This document shows positions 43,211-54,227 of a DNA stretch of 64,000 bases, piece by piece. The position numbers and the translations under genes are program-made. Where the stretch lies: NCBI RefSeq assembly GCF_006345805.1, contig NC_042997.1:138136001-138200000 (forward strand), read 5' to 3'. This DNA comes from Octopus sinensis. Lineage: Eukaryota. Within the stretch, counting starts at the first letter, position 1; each line of letters opens with the position of its first letter. The notes under the pieces were generated by a model. That model did no database searches and was not told where the DNA came from. It saw nothing but the letters and a program-made list of their open reading frames with translations.

Positions 43211-44081
43211 TCATCATCATCATCATCATTTAGCGTCCGCTTTCCATGCTAGCATGGGTTGGACGGGTCAACTGGGGTCTGTGAAGCTGGAAGGCTTCGT
43301 CAGGCCCAGTCAGATCTGGCAGTGTTTCTACGGCTGGATGCCCTTCCTAACGCCAACCACTCCACGAGTGTAGTGGGTGTTTTTTACGTGCCACCTGCAC
43401 AGGTGCCAGACAGAGCTGGCGAACGGCCACGAACAGATGGTGCTTTTACGTGTCACCGGCACGGGGCCAGGCGATGCTGGCAACGGACACGAACGGATGG
43501 TGCTTTTACGTGCCACCGACACGGGGCCAGACAGAGCTGGCAAACGGCCACGAACGGACGGTGCTTTTACGTGTCACCGGCACGGGGGCCAGCTGAGGCT
43601 GGCAACGGACGCGAACGGATGGTGCTTTTACGTGCCACCGACACGGGGCCAGACAGAGCTGGCAAACGGCCACGAACGGACGGTGCTTTTACGTGTCACC
43701 GGCACGGGGGCCAGCAAAGGCTGGCAACGGACATGAATGGATGGTGCTTTTACGTGCCACCGACACGGGGCCAGACAGAGCTGGCAAACGGCCACGAACG
43801 GATGGTGCTTTTACGTGTCACCGGCACGGGGCCAGGCGAGGCTGGCAACGAACACGAACGGATGGTGCTTTTACGTGCCACCGACACGGGGGCCAGGCAG
43901 AGCTGGCAAACGGCCACGAGCGAATGGTGCTTTTACGTATCACCGGCATGGGTGCCAGACGAGGCTGACAGCGGACATGAATGGATGGGTCACTTAACCC
44001 CTGCTTTCTGATATATGATTTGATTTTGATTGTTCTCACTGGTCTTGCCGGGTCTTCTCACGCACAGCATACTTCCATAGG
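43211..44081 (-). mobile_element. Young 5'-truncated RTE LINE (last codons + 3'UTR with tandem array + (GAT)n)
   Basis: Minus strand reads LWKYAVREKTRQDQ*, then the UTR, palindrome CCATGCTAGCATGG and (GAT)n; CpGs are largely intact. Confidence 0.85.
43377..43988. repeat. GC-rich minisatellite, 10 units of 60-62 bp alternating A/B
   Basis: Units start at 43377, 43440, 43500, 43561, 43622, 43683, 43744, 43805, 43865 and 43927 with GTGCTTTTACGT (first unit variant). Confidence 0.95.
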
Positions 44082-44103
44082 TCTATATTTATATATATAT
44101 ATG

Positions 44104-44154
<51 letters not shown>

Positions 44155-44238
44155 GTATGTCCCGGGTTGATTCGGGGTTAACCACAGTAAATAAGGTACT
44201 CAATACATAGCAGAGTAAAATTAATTTATTATATAGAA

Positions 44239-44293
44239 GGAGCTTCTACAGGACTAGAACTGTTTCATTCAAGAGAAATCTTCAGGAAGCTCC
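44239..44293 (-). ncRNA. Type I hammerhead ribozyme (complete), in a ~140-bp element 44159-44302
   Basis: Minus strand: GGAGCUUC | CUGAAGA | UUUC-UCUU-GAAU | GAAA | CAG-UUCUAGUC-CUG | UA^ | GAAGCUCC. It has an 8-bp stem I, the conserved core, stems II and III, and a GUA cleavage triplet. The first stem II pair is U.U. Confidence 0.85.
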
Positions 44294-44309
44294 TGAAGAT
44301 TTATATATA

Positions 44310-44355
<46 letters not shown>

Positions 44356-45032
44356 ATTTAATAAATAACGGACATGTGGAATGAGGTGACGATGCGCGTG
44401 GGCTACCTTAGAAATCCCTATCTTAAAAGCTGTGGTTTCTAGGGGCCATCTTCCTACCTCACCCTATTTCCTCCAGTACTCTGTCACTCCTCTTCATTTA
44501 TAACTTTCAGAATGCCACTACGGTTATTTAAAGTATCTGTCACTATCGCTATTTCCTTTCTTTTTCACTGACTCTGTTTCCTACCTTCCTATCACTTCGG
44601 CGACGTTCTTTGAAGTATATGTCTGTCACCAACAATCAACACACGAGCATGAGAACAAATATTATGAATCAGATATTCTTGCGTTCATTTATACGTGTGT
44701 GTGTGTGTGTGTGTGTGTGTGTTCTATATATAATGTATATATAATGTATGTGTGTGTGTGTTCTATATATAAATATGTATATATAATGTATGTGTGTGTG
44801 TGTGTGTTCTATATATGAATATGTATATATAATGTATGTGTGTGTGTGTGTGTTCTATATATAAATATGTATATATAATGTATATATACAAAGTGTATAT
44901 ATCTGTATTTATGTATATTAAACTTTTTCATACTTTTTCATAGTTATATATATTTTTAAACAAATTATAAATATAATTTCATAATTTTTATTTTCAATTT
45001 AAATAATTTAAAGTTTTCAATTTTATATTTTA

Positions 45033-46030
45033 CTACCAGTATCGCCCGGCGTTGCTCGGGTTTGTAAGGGAAATAACTATATAAGCATTTTTAGTGAGTT
45101 ATAGCAAAGAAAATAGCAAAAAATGCATTAAAGATGGAATAAAAAATGATAGTAATTTCTTTTTTAAATCGTTGACTCATCGTAGACATTTTTTGAGAGT
45201 TACTTCCCTTATATAATAGCGAAAAATGCATTAAAATGGAATAAAAAAATGATGGTAATTTTTTTTTTAATCGTTGACTCATCGTAGACATTTTTATAGA
45301 GTTACTTCCCTTATATAATAGCGAAAAATGCATTAAAATGGAATAAAAAATGATGGTAAATTTTTTTTAAAATCGTAGACTCATCGTAGACGCGCGTTAA
45401 TACCCAGAAGGGATCGATATGAATCACGACTATAAGATACCCGGTTTTGGTTACACTGCACCGCAAAATGTGGGAGTAGTTAGGAATCTAAATCGTAGCA
45501 GACAGACACACAACCTTACTTTTATATATAAAGATTTGTGCAACAACTAAAACATTCGGTTGTGCAAATTGTTTGCACAGGAAACCTGCCCTGTGTGTCG
45601 GTTTTTGCCGTTTTTGTGGATCTGTTTCAGCTTTTTTAGCGATTTCTGTTTTGGCGACTTCAAGCCATGAAGTCGTTGTTCTAAAAGAACGCTGGTCTCC
45701 GTCACAACGCATTACGACGTTGATTTCCTTACACTCCCTTCCCCACAGCTTCACGAGGGAGGGAAGAAGGGGGACAAGCAACACAGGTGCAGGCGTGAGC
45801 GTGGACGCCAACTCCGCCGCCATCGACACACGAAAAAATATGCATTAAAATGGAATAAAAAATGATGTTAAATTATTTTTAAAATCGTACACTCATCGTA
45901 GACGCGAGCTAATACCCAGACGGGCTCGATATGAATCACGACTATAAGATACCCGAATTTGGTTAAACTGCACCGCAAAATTTGGAAGTAGTTAGGAATC
46001 TAAATCGAAGGGGACAGACACTCACACAAC
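45033..46030 (-). mobile_element. Composite non-autonomous Helitron-like element (two 5' ends, one 3' end)
   Basis: CCCG/CGGG hairpin at 45045-45060 with a mutated CTAG; a ~200-bp 5'-terminal block (...AGACAGACAC...TTTTATATATA) occurs twice, ending ~45535 and ~46030; ~100-bp tandem repeats at 45100-45390. Confidence 0.7.
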
Positions 46031-46192
46031 TTCAGTTTTATATATATAGATATATTTTCTATGTTATATTTTCTTTTTTTATGTTTTTGTTTTTGGTTTT
46101 TCACTGTTTGATTTGCCTATTAGTGGTTTTATCTCTAATTTAATTTATACAGATATATATCTCATTTGTATACATTTGTATATATAATGCGT

Positions 46193-46251
<59 letters not shown>

Positions 46252-46259
46252 CACACATA

Positions 46260-47461
46260 TATATATATAATGTGTGCATTACGTAGTCTGTCGATTCACC
46301 TGAAAATATGCACACCTATGTTAAAGGTGCTGACAAGTTTGCATCACAACTATTTTGTTCCTCAAATGAAAGGCGTCACCTCTAGGACAAAATTCCTCAT
46401 CTTATAAAATGTGGCCCCAGTACACCCGAATTAAATCGGGTTATATTAACCAAAATGTGAAAAGGGGTCTAAATGGGGCTGGAAGGGGATTAAAATTTCA
46501 AAGAGCGGGTGTTTAGGAATTCTCTGTTGCATCAAGCTAAAAAATTTGCGCCAGCCTTTTAATCGTCAATGTGTTGCCGTCCATGATAAAGAAGTTTTGA
46601 ATGCTTGCCATGGTGAGTCTACTGTCGTGAGAAAGAATCACTTCAAAACTTGGTGTTTACGAATTTTCTTTTACATCAAGTTCAAAATTTTACACCAGCC
46701 GTTAAACTGTCACTACGTTGCTGTCCGTCGTTAACAAATGCCAGCCATGGTGACTCTACTATCCTCAGATTCTATCCCTTCAAACTTTGGTTTCCAATAT
46801 TTTATTATTTTTATTCAGCTCGCAAGTTCGTCTGTCCCTTTTCAATGTTAGCGTTTTGCTGTCTGCCTTGAAGCAGACCTTTCCATTGCCACTGCCTCAT
46901 ATTTCTGATTGATCTTTCTAAATATTTTATTTCTCAACTTACTCAAGATCTTCTGTTGTTTATAAATGGGAGAGAGATAGATAAAGATAGAGAGTAAGAG
47001 AAAGTGAGGGAGAGTCAGAGAGAAAAGAAAAGTAAGAGAGTGGGAAACTGAGAGAGAAAGGAGAGAGAAACAAATACGGAGAATCATCATCATCATCATC
47101 GTTTAACGTCCGTTTTCCGTGCTAGCACGGGTTGGGCAGTATGACCGGGTCTCGGAAGCCAGGAGGCTGCACCAGGCTCCAGTCTGATCTGGCAGTGTTT
47201 CTACAGGTGGATGACCTTCCTAACGCCAACCACACTGTGAGTGTAGTGAGTGCTTTTTTCGTGCCGGCGGCACTGGTGCCAGGGGGGGGATCGCAGTGGC
47301 AACGATCGGTTGGTGCTTTTTACGTGCCACCAGCACAGAAGCAAGTCAAGGCGGTGCTGCAATCGGCCACGTTCGGATGGTGCTTTTTACGTGCTGAAAG
47401 GAAGCAACAGAAAGTAACACCCACACTCTTACCGCGCGTAGAGCGGGTCACCTTCAGCTAG
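46260..47461 (+). mobile_element. Probable non-autonomous Helitron with a nested RTE 3'UTR (~47088-47395)
   Basis: 3' end ACCGC-GCGTAGA-GCGGGT hairpin, then CACCTTCAG-CTAG (47458-47461) and target T; the 5' boundary is inferred. Confidence 0.5.
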
Positions 47462-47469
47462 TATATTTA

Positions 47470-47519
<50 letters not shown>

Positions 47520-47650
47520 ATATATATATACGTGTATATATATATATATTTATATATATATATATGTATATATATATATGTGTGTGTGTGTATATATATA
47601 TACGTGTATATATATATATTTATATATATATATGTATATATATATATGTG

Positions 47651-47700
<50 letters not shown>

Positions 47701-47701
<1 letters not shown>

Positions 47702-49500
47702 TTTGATACTTTGATACTTTGATAGGTTTCGGCCATTATTGGCCCAGGCCATGTCTAACTTAATAGCACCACCTGGTGAAGTCTTTCAAGTCAGAATTTG
47801 GGCACTATGGCCCACTCAAGTAGAGAGTTATTGTTTACAGAGACATATCCGGGTGTAGGGGGTTTATCCGGGATTTCTTGAAGGAATCTGTCCAAAGACT
47901 TCTTGAACCCTATAGGGTCAGTTTCTGTTTTAATGTGTTTTGGTGTAATGTTAAAGAGAGCGGGGCCAATTGAGGTGAAATAATTGTGTCATATTGTTGT
48001 TATGAGATGAGAGTGCGATTTTTGTTTTGGGCGGATGGCACGGGGCCCAAGCCTTGGATGTACCTTAAAGGTGATGCCAACATCATTTGGGCAATGCTGA
48101 TGGAATATTCTCCACATCATGCAGATGATGTAGCGCTCACGACGACGTTGGAAAGAATAGAGTTTTAGCTTTTCTAGTCGACCCCAATAGTCGAGGCCTG
48201 TCATGCCATCTATCTTTTTTGTGATTGCCCTTTGAGGTGCTTCAACTTTTATGATACCTTGTATTGTGTGGGGAGACCACAGTGGACAACAGTATTCAAG
48301 GTGGGGTCGGGCAAAAGTGGAGAAGAGAAGGATAATGGTGTGGATATCTCTCGACTGGAAAGTTCTGAGAATCCAGGAACACATTCTGCGGGCCATGTCA
48401 ACTTTGGTGTTTATATGAGTGGCCCAGCTTATGTTGTTGTCCACAATTACTCCCAAGTCTCTGATGTTGTTGGACACCGCGAGAGTTTCACCTGAAGGAG
48501 GGGAGTATGGGAGTTTCAGGGCATCCTCTTTTCCAAAGTGGATTAGCTCAAATTTATCCTCGTTCAGCAGCATATTGTTTTTTTCTGCCCATTGGATAAC
48601 AGCCAGTAGATCTGACTGAAGGCATGTCCGGTCACTCGCCTCATTTATGACCTTCTGTAGCTTGGAGTCATCTGCAAAGATTTTTATGTTGCTGTGCTTG
48701 ATGATGTCATTAATGTCATTAATGTAAATGATGAAAAGAAGTGGGCCCAGCACAGTGCCTTGCGGAACGCCACTACTGACTTTGGCTGGGCTTGATTTTA
48801 CCCCTTCAACTACAACATGTTGAGATCTGTCTGTCAGGAAACACTTGATCCATTTCAGTAACTTTCCAGAGACACCAATGTTGGATAGTTTTTTCAATAG
48901 GATCTTGTGATCGACCCTGTCGAAGGCCTTACTGAAATCAAGGTAGATGACATCGGTGTTGGAGCCCTCTCCCAAAGCTCTCAAAATGTCCTCAAAGTGA
49001 TGCAGGAGCTGCGTTAGGCAGTCCCTTCCATTACGGAACCCATGTTGGTTGGAGATCAGCCGTCTGTTGCTTTCCAGAAATTGGGTTATTCGAGATCTCA
49101 CCACCCTCTCAAATACCTTGATGATATGAGAGGTGAGTGAGATCGGACGGTAATTCACTGCAAGGGACTTGTTTCCCTTTTTGAAAACTGGGACAACAGA
49201 CTGGGACAGAAGGTTTTTTGGAATATAGCCAGCATCCAGTGAGTTTCTCCACAGATTAGCAAGGGGAGATGCAAGTTGGTGTCGACACACCTTCAGGACA
49301 CAAGCAGGGAACCTATCGGGGCCTACTGCTGAATTGTGTTTTATTTCGTTTATCGCCGCTAAGACATCAGGGGCACTAAACGTTATGTCCGATATAGTGT
49401 GTTGGGGGTTGACATCACTGATACAGCCCAGATCGGCCATATCAGGATTGCTGAAAACAGAGCAGTATTGTTTCTGCAGTATCTCGGCCATGGATTTGGC
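47701..49500 (-). mobile_element. CR1/L2-group LINE, 5'-truncated, RT domain (ORF 47989-49491, originally to 47791)
   Basis: RT motifs NYRPISLTS, QHGFR.GR.C.TQL, YLDFSKAFD, SGVPQGTVLGP.LF, FADDSK. The frame continues past the TGA at 47989 (HNYFTSIGPALFN...DRFLQEIPDKP...NNSLLEW) to a TGA at 47791. Tail is (TATCAAAG)n. Confidence 0.95.
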
Positions 49501-49508
49501 ATTATATA

Positions 49509-49548
<40 letters not shown>

Positions 49549-49569
49549 GCATTATATATATTTATATAC

Positions 49570-49600
<31 letters not shown>

Positions 49601-49917
49601 GTGTGTGTGTATATATATATATATAGTTATATATATATATGTGTGTATATATATATATATTTATATATATATATAGATATATATATATATGTATATATAT
49701 ATATTTATATATATATATAGATGTATATATATATATATATATATATGTATTATATATGTATATATATATGTATATATATATATATGTAATATATATGTAT
49801 ATATATATATAGATATATATATATATATGTATTATATATATATTTAATATATATGTATATATATATGTATATATATATATGTATATATATATGTATATAT
49901 ATATGTATATATATATG

Positions 49918-49949
<32 letters not shown>

Positions 49950-49956
49950 TATATAT

Positions 49957-49987
<31 letters not shown>

Positions 49988-50218
49988 TATATATATGTAT
50001 ATATATAGTATGTATATATATATATATGTGTATATATATATATATATGTGTATATATATAATATGTATATATATATATATATGTGTGTATATATATATGT
50101 ATATATATATATATATGTGTATATATATATATGATATATATATATGTGTATATATATATGTATATATATATATGTATATATATATATGTGTATATATATA
50201 TATGTGTATATATATATG

Positions 50219-50267
<49 letters not shown>

Positions 50268-50295
50268 TATATGTATATATATATATATATGTATG

Positions 50296-50326
<31 letters not shown>

Positions 50327-50427
50327 GTATATATATATATTATATATATATATAATATGTATATATATATATGTATATATATATGATATATATATATGTA
50401 TATATGTATATATGTATATATATTATG

Positions 50428-50460
<33 letters not shown>
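49501..50460. repeat. Long degenerate (TA)n / (TATG) microsatellite tract
   Basis: ~960 bp composed almost only of TA, with interspersed G and extra T. Confidence 0.95.
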
Positions 50461-50587
50461 CCTGATGATTTCATTTGAATGAAACAGTTCTAGTCCTGTA
50501 GAAGCTCCTTCTATAAAATAAATTAATTTACTCTGCTATGTATTGAGTACCTTATTTACTGTGGTTAACCCCGACTCAACCCGGGAC
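50461..50587 (+). ncRNA. Second copy of the hammerhead-bearing element (5' strand of stem I missing)
   Basis: C-CUGAUGA-UUUC-AUUU-GAAU-GAAA-CAG-UUCUAGUC-CUG-UA-GAAGCUCC, then the same 3' flank as the reverse complement of 44159-44240 with about 3 differences. Confidence 0.8.
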
Positions 50588-50591
50588 CTAC

Positions 50592-50631
<40 letters not shown>

Positions 50632-50642
50632 GTATATATATT

Positions 50643-50675
<33 letters not shown>

Positions 50676-50990
50676 GTATATGAATATATATATATATTTA
50701 TATATATAAATTTACCAATTAAGGACAACTACTTAATAAGGAAAACTTAACAAGAAATTGTCAGGTAGATAGCGTGAAAACCTCATAAGAGAAAAAATTT
50801 CGAAAATAATTATTTCTTATTGAACATATTAATTTATATATAACTTTTCCTCTCCCGAAATGCAATTCGTAAAAGTTTGGCATTTATCCGGATGTAATAT
50901 ATGTAAACTCACCCATGTGCTTCGTTGATGTTGATCAGTTAGCTGATCGGCCTAAGCGGGGCAGGGTCGTTGTTTATTTATAATACATTC

Positions 50991-51038
50991 AGGCCTGCTG
51001 ATGAATACGTAAGTATGAAATCACTGTGATACAGGTCT
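50991..51038 (+). ncRNA. Type I minimal hammerhead ribozyme, second sequence family
   Basis: AGGCCUG | CUGAUGA | AUAC-GUAA-GUAU | GAAA | UCAC-U-GUGA | UA^ | CAGGUCU. Stem I is 7 bp with one G.U, stem II is a perfect 4 bp, and stem III is palindromic. Confidence 0.85.
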
Positions 51039-51189
51039 ATATTTTTTTAAATGTCTTACTTTGAAAAATTGCATTCGGTGGGATTAGTAATATGTTTGGT
51101 AGAAATGACTAATTGTCCCTCTTAGCGTGTGGCATTTATGTATAATGCCTTCTGGCATGTATGTATAATGCCCTCTATATATAAATATT

Positions 51190-51240
<51 letters not shown>

Positions 51241-51343
51241 TTATATATACATATATATATAATATTTATTTATATATACATATATATATATATATTTATA
51301 TATATATATATATATTATATATATATATATATATCTATATCTA

Positions 51344-51400
<57 letters not shown>

Positions 51401-51430
51401 GTATATATTTATATGTATATATATATATTT

Positions 51431-53196
51431 ATCCAACTGACTTCTTCACCACTGCAGATATGGGGTCAGAGGCAGCGATGATTGATTACATCAATATAAA
51501 GGAAGACGATGTAATAAAGGCTATAGATGAGATGGAAACAAACTCAGCTACTGGCCCCGATGGATTCCCAGCAATCCTTCTAAAAGTATGTAAGAGGGTC
51601 CTAGCAAGGCCACTGCGGTCTCTCTTTCAGAGCTTCCTTGCAACTGGCAAACTTCCAAGAAAACTGAAGGAAGGTAAAATATGCCCTATTCATAAAGGAG
51701 GTAGCAGAGCGGAGGCCAAGAACTACTGACCTATCTCCCTAACCTCACACATCAGCAAGGTCATGGAACGAATAGTCAGAAGGAAACTAATCACCTTCCT
51801 TGAAGAAAATGACTTGCTGCCTGACACACAACATGGTTTCCGACCAGGAAGAAGCTGCTTAACTCAGCTCCTACAACACTATGACTGGGTGCTGAAACAA
51901 CTGCTCAACCACTCAAATGTGGAAGTCATATATCTCGACTTTGCAAAGGCCTTTGATAAAGTCGATCATGGAATGATATGTCACAAACTGCGTGATCTTG
52001 GCATAGTTGGAAAATTGGGAGAATGGCTTCATGACTTTCTGAAGAATAGAAGTCAGGTGGTAACAGCCAATGGGGCCACTTCCATTAACATGCAAATAGT
52101 GAGCGGTGTTCCGCAGGGCACTGTTTTGGGACCACTACTGTTCATAATGGCCCTCTCAGACATGCCCTCAGCCATGCAGAGAGCCACAATCACAAGTTAT
52201 GCAGATGATACAAAAGTCTCACAGGCAATACAGAACCCTGAAGACACTAAGCACCTGCAATGTGAGCTGGACGAAATATACAAGTGGGCTGAAAAGAATA
52301 GCATGCAGTTCAATGCTGAAAAGTTTCAAGCTTTATACTATCAGCATGCAAAACTGAATGCAATACCCAATGAATACACTGGACCTGGAGGGATTGCAAT
52401 CCCAGAGGCACAATCAGTGCGTGACTTGGGTATTCACATGAGTGATGACGCGACCTTTCATGTACATGTTGCTAAACTGGCAATGAAATGTAGACGGCTG
52501 GCTGGATGGATTCTTAGAACCTTTAGAACAAGAGAACAAGAAACCATGATGGTCCTCTGGAAGACACTTGTCCTAAGCCACTTTGACTATTGCTCTCAGC
52601 TATGGTCACCATCCAGTGTCAAGTTGATCACAGAACTTGAGGCAATCCAACGAAGCTACACAAAGAAGATAGCCTCTGTGCAGCATATGAGCTACTGGGA
52701 AAGACTCAAGAGATTAAAGCTCTATTCCCTGGAGCGTAGGCGAGAAAGATATGCCATAATATATATCTGGAAGATCCTGGAAGGACTTGTCCCAAACTTT
52801 GGCATCGAGAATCACACAAATGCCAGAACCGGGCGCCACTGCGTAGTACCAAGGACTCCAAATTTGCCATCAAGATGTAGGACTAGATATTGTGATAGCC
52901 TGGGCTTCAGAGGCCCACAGCTCTTCAATATCCTCCCAAAGAACCTGAGGGACCTGCATGGTGTAGATGCGGATGTCTTTAAAGTAGGACTGGACCTCTT
53001 CCTGTTAGGTGTCCCGGATGAACCAACTTCACGGCAGGAGGTGCAGATGAGGGCAGCTGTATCGAACTCTCTCATGCATCAGATGGTGTTTGCTAAAAAG
53101 CATCCGTGAGGTAAAATCGTGTAGCAAACCAAATGGCGGTGCCCCAGCATGGCCACAGCTCATTAGCTGAAACTGGAAAAATCAAAATCAAAATCA
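51431..53196 (+). mobile_element. CR1/L2-group LINE, 5'-truncated, RT domain with one nonsense codon
   Basis: ATGPDGFP...KNY*PISLTSHISKVMER (TGA 51727-51729), QHGFRPGRSC, YLDFAKAFD, SGVPQGTVLGP, YADDTK; ORF ends at 53109; 3' end GGCGGTGCCCCAGCATGGCC...GAAAC + (AAAATC)n. Confidence 0.95.
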
Positions 53197-53583
53197 TATA
53201 TATTTATATATATATATGTATATATATATATATTTATATATATATATGTATATATATATATGTATATATATATATTTATATGTATATATATATATTTATA
53301 TGTGTATGTATATATATATTTATATGTATATATATATATTTATATATACATATATATATTATATATACATATATATATTTATATATACATATATATATTT
53401 ATATGTATATATATATATATATTTATATATACATATATATATTTATATGTATATATATATTTATATGGTATATATATATTTATATGTATATATATATTTA
53501 TATATACATATATATATTTATATGTATATATATATATTATATGTATATATATATATATTTATATGTATATATATATTTATATG

Positions 53584-53614
<31 letters not shown>

Positions 53615-53854
53615 GTATATATATATATTTATATGTGTAATATATATATTTATATGTGTATATATATATTTATATGTATATATATATATATTTATATGTA
53701 TATATATATATATATTTATATGTGTATATATATATATATATCTATATGTGTATATATATATATTTATATGTGTGTATATATATATATATATATTTATATG
53801 TGTATATATATATTTATATGTATATATATATATATATATATTTATATGTGTATA

Positions 53855-53934
<80 letters not shown>

Positions 53935-53950
53935 ATATAATGTATATATA
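53197..53950. repeat. Long degenerate (TA)n tract with recurring TATATATTTATATGTA-like units
   Basis: Seen directly; it abuts the LINE 3' tail. Confidence 0.95.
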
Positions 53951-53957
53951 TGCTTAG

Positions 53958-54155
53958 TGGGTTAATGAGGGTACCAATGGTCTCCTGCAAGAAGATCTTC
54001 CCAACTGTTCAAGCTTGCCACATGGAAGTGTTGAAACTCATCTCTATTTTGTATTTCCATCCAAAATGGAGATGAGTACCAACACTTCCATGTGCCATAC
54101 TTGAACAATTGTGAAGAACTTTTTACATGAAATACTTGGTAGCTTTACTAACCCA
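53958..54155. repeat. Fold-back element / long imperfect hairpin
   Basis: Inner arms 53998-54051 and 54062-54115 are 46/54 identical as reverse complements with a 10-nt loop; outer arms 53958-53977 and 54136-54155. Confidence 0.85.
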
Positions 54156-54227
54156 TAAATAAAGAATATTCATACATCAATGCAGTATTGCACACTCATT
54201 CTCACTGTTCAATATTAGCATATATGT

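Noticed and set aside
43377-43988. CRISPR-like array (constant motif with variable segments)
   Set aside because: The variable parts are homologous A/B repeats rather than unique spacers, there are no cas genes, the context is eukaryotic, and the array lies in an RTE 3'UTR.
43259-44011. 250-aa ORF and overlapping ORFs
   Set aside because: By-product of a GC-rich 60/61-bp tandem repeat; periodic frame-rotating peptides on the antisense strand of the RTE UTR.
45488-45848. 113-aa and 91-aa opposing ORFs
   Set aside because: They lie inside a Helitron-like non-autonomous element, with no recognisable domain or splice context.
49334-53957. Long YI/IY/VC-rich ORFs (also at ~5190-5496, 29401-30970, 42992-43373, 47508-47722, 54921-55231)
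   Set aside because: Translations of (TA)n/(TG)n microsatellites, which lack stop codons.
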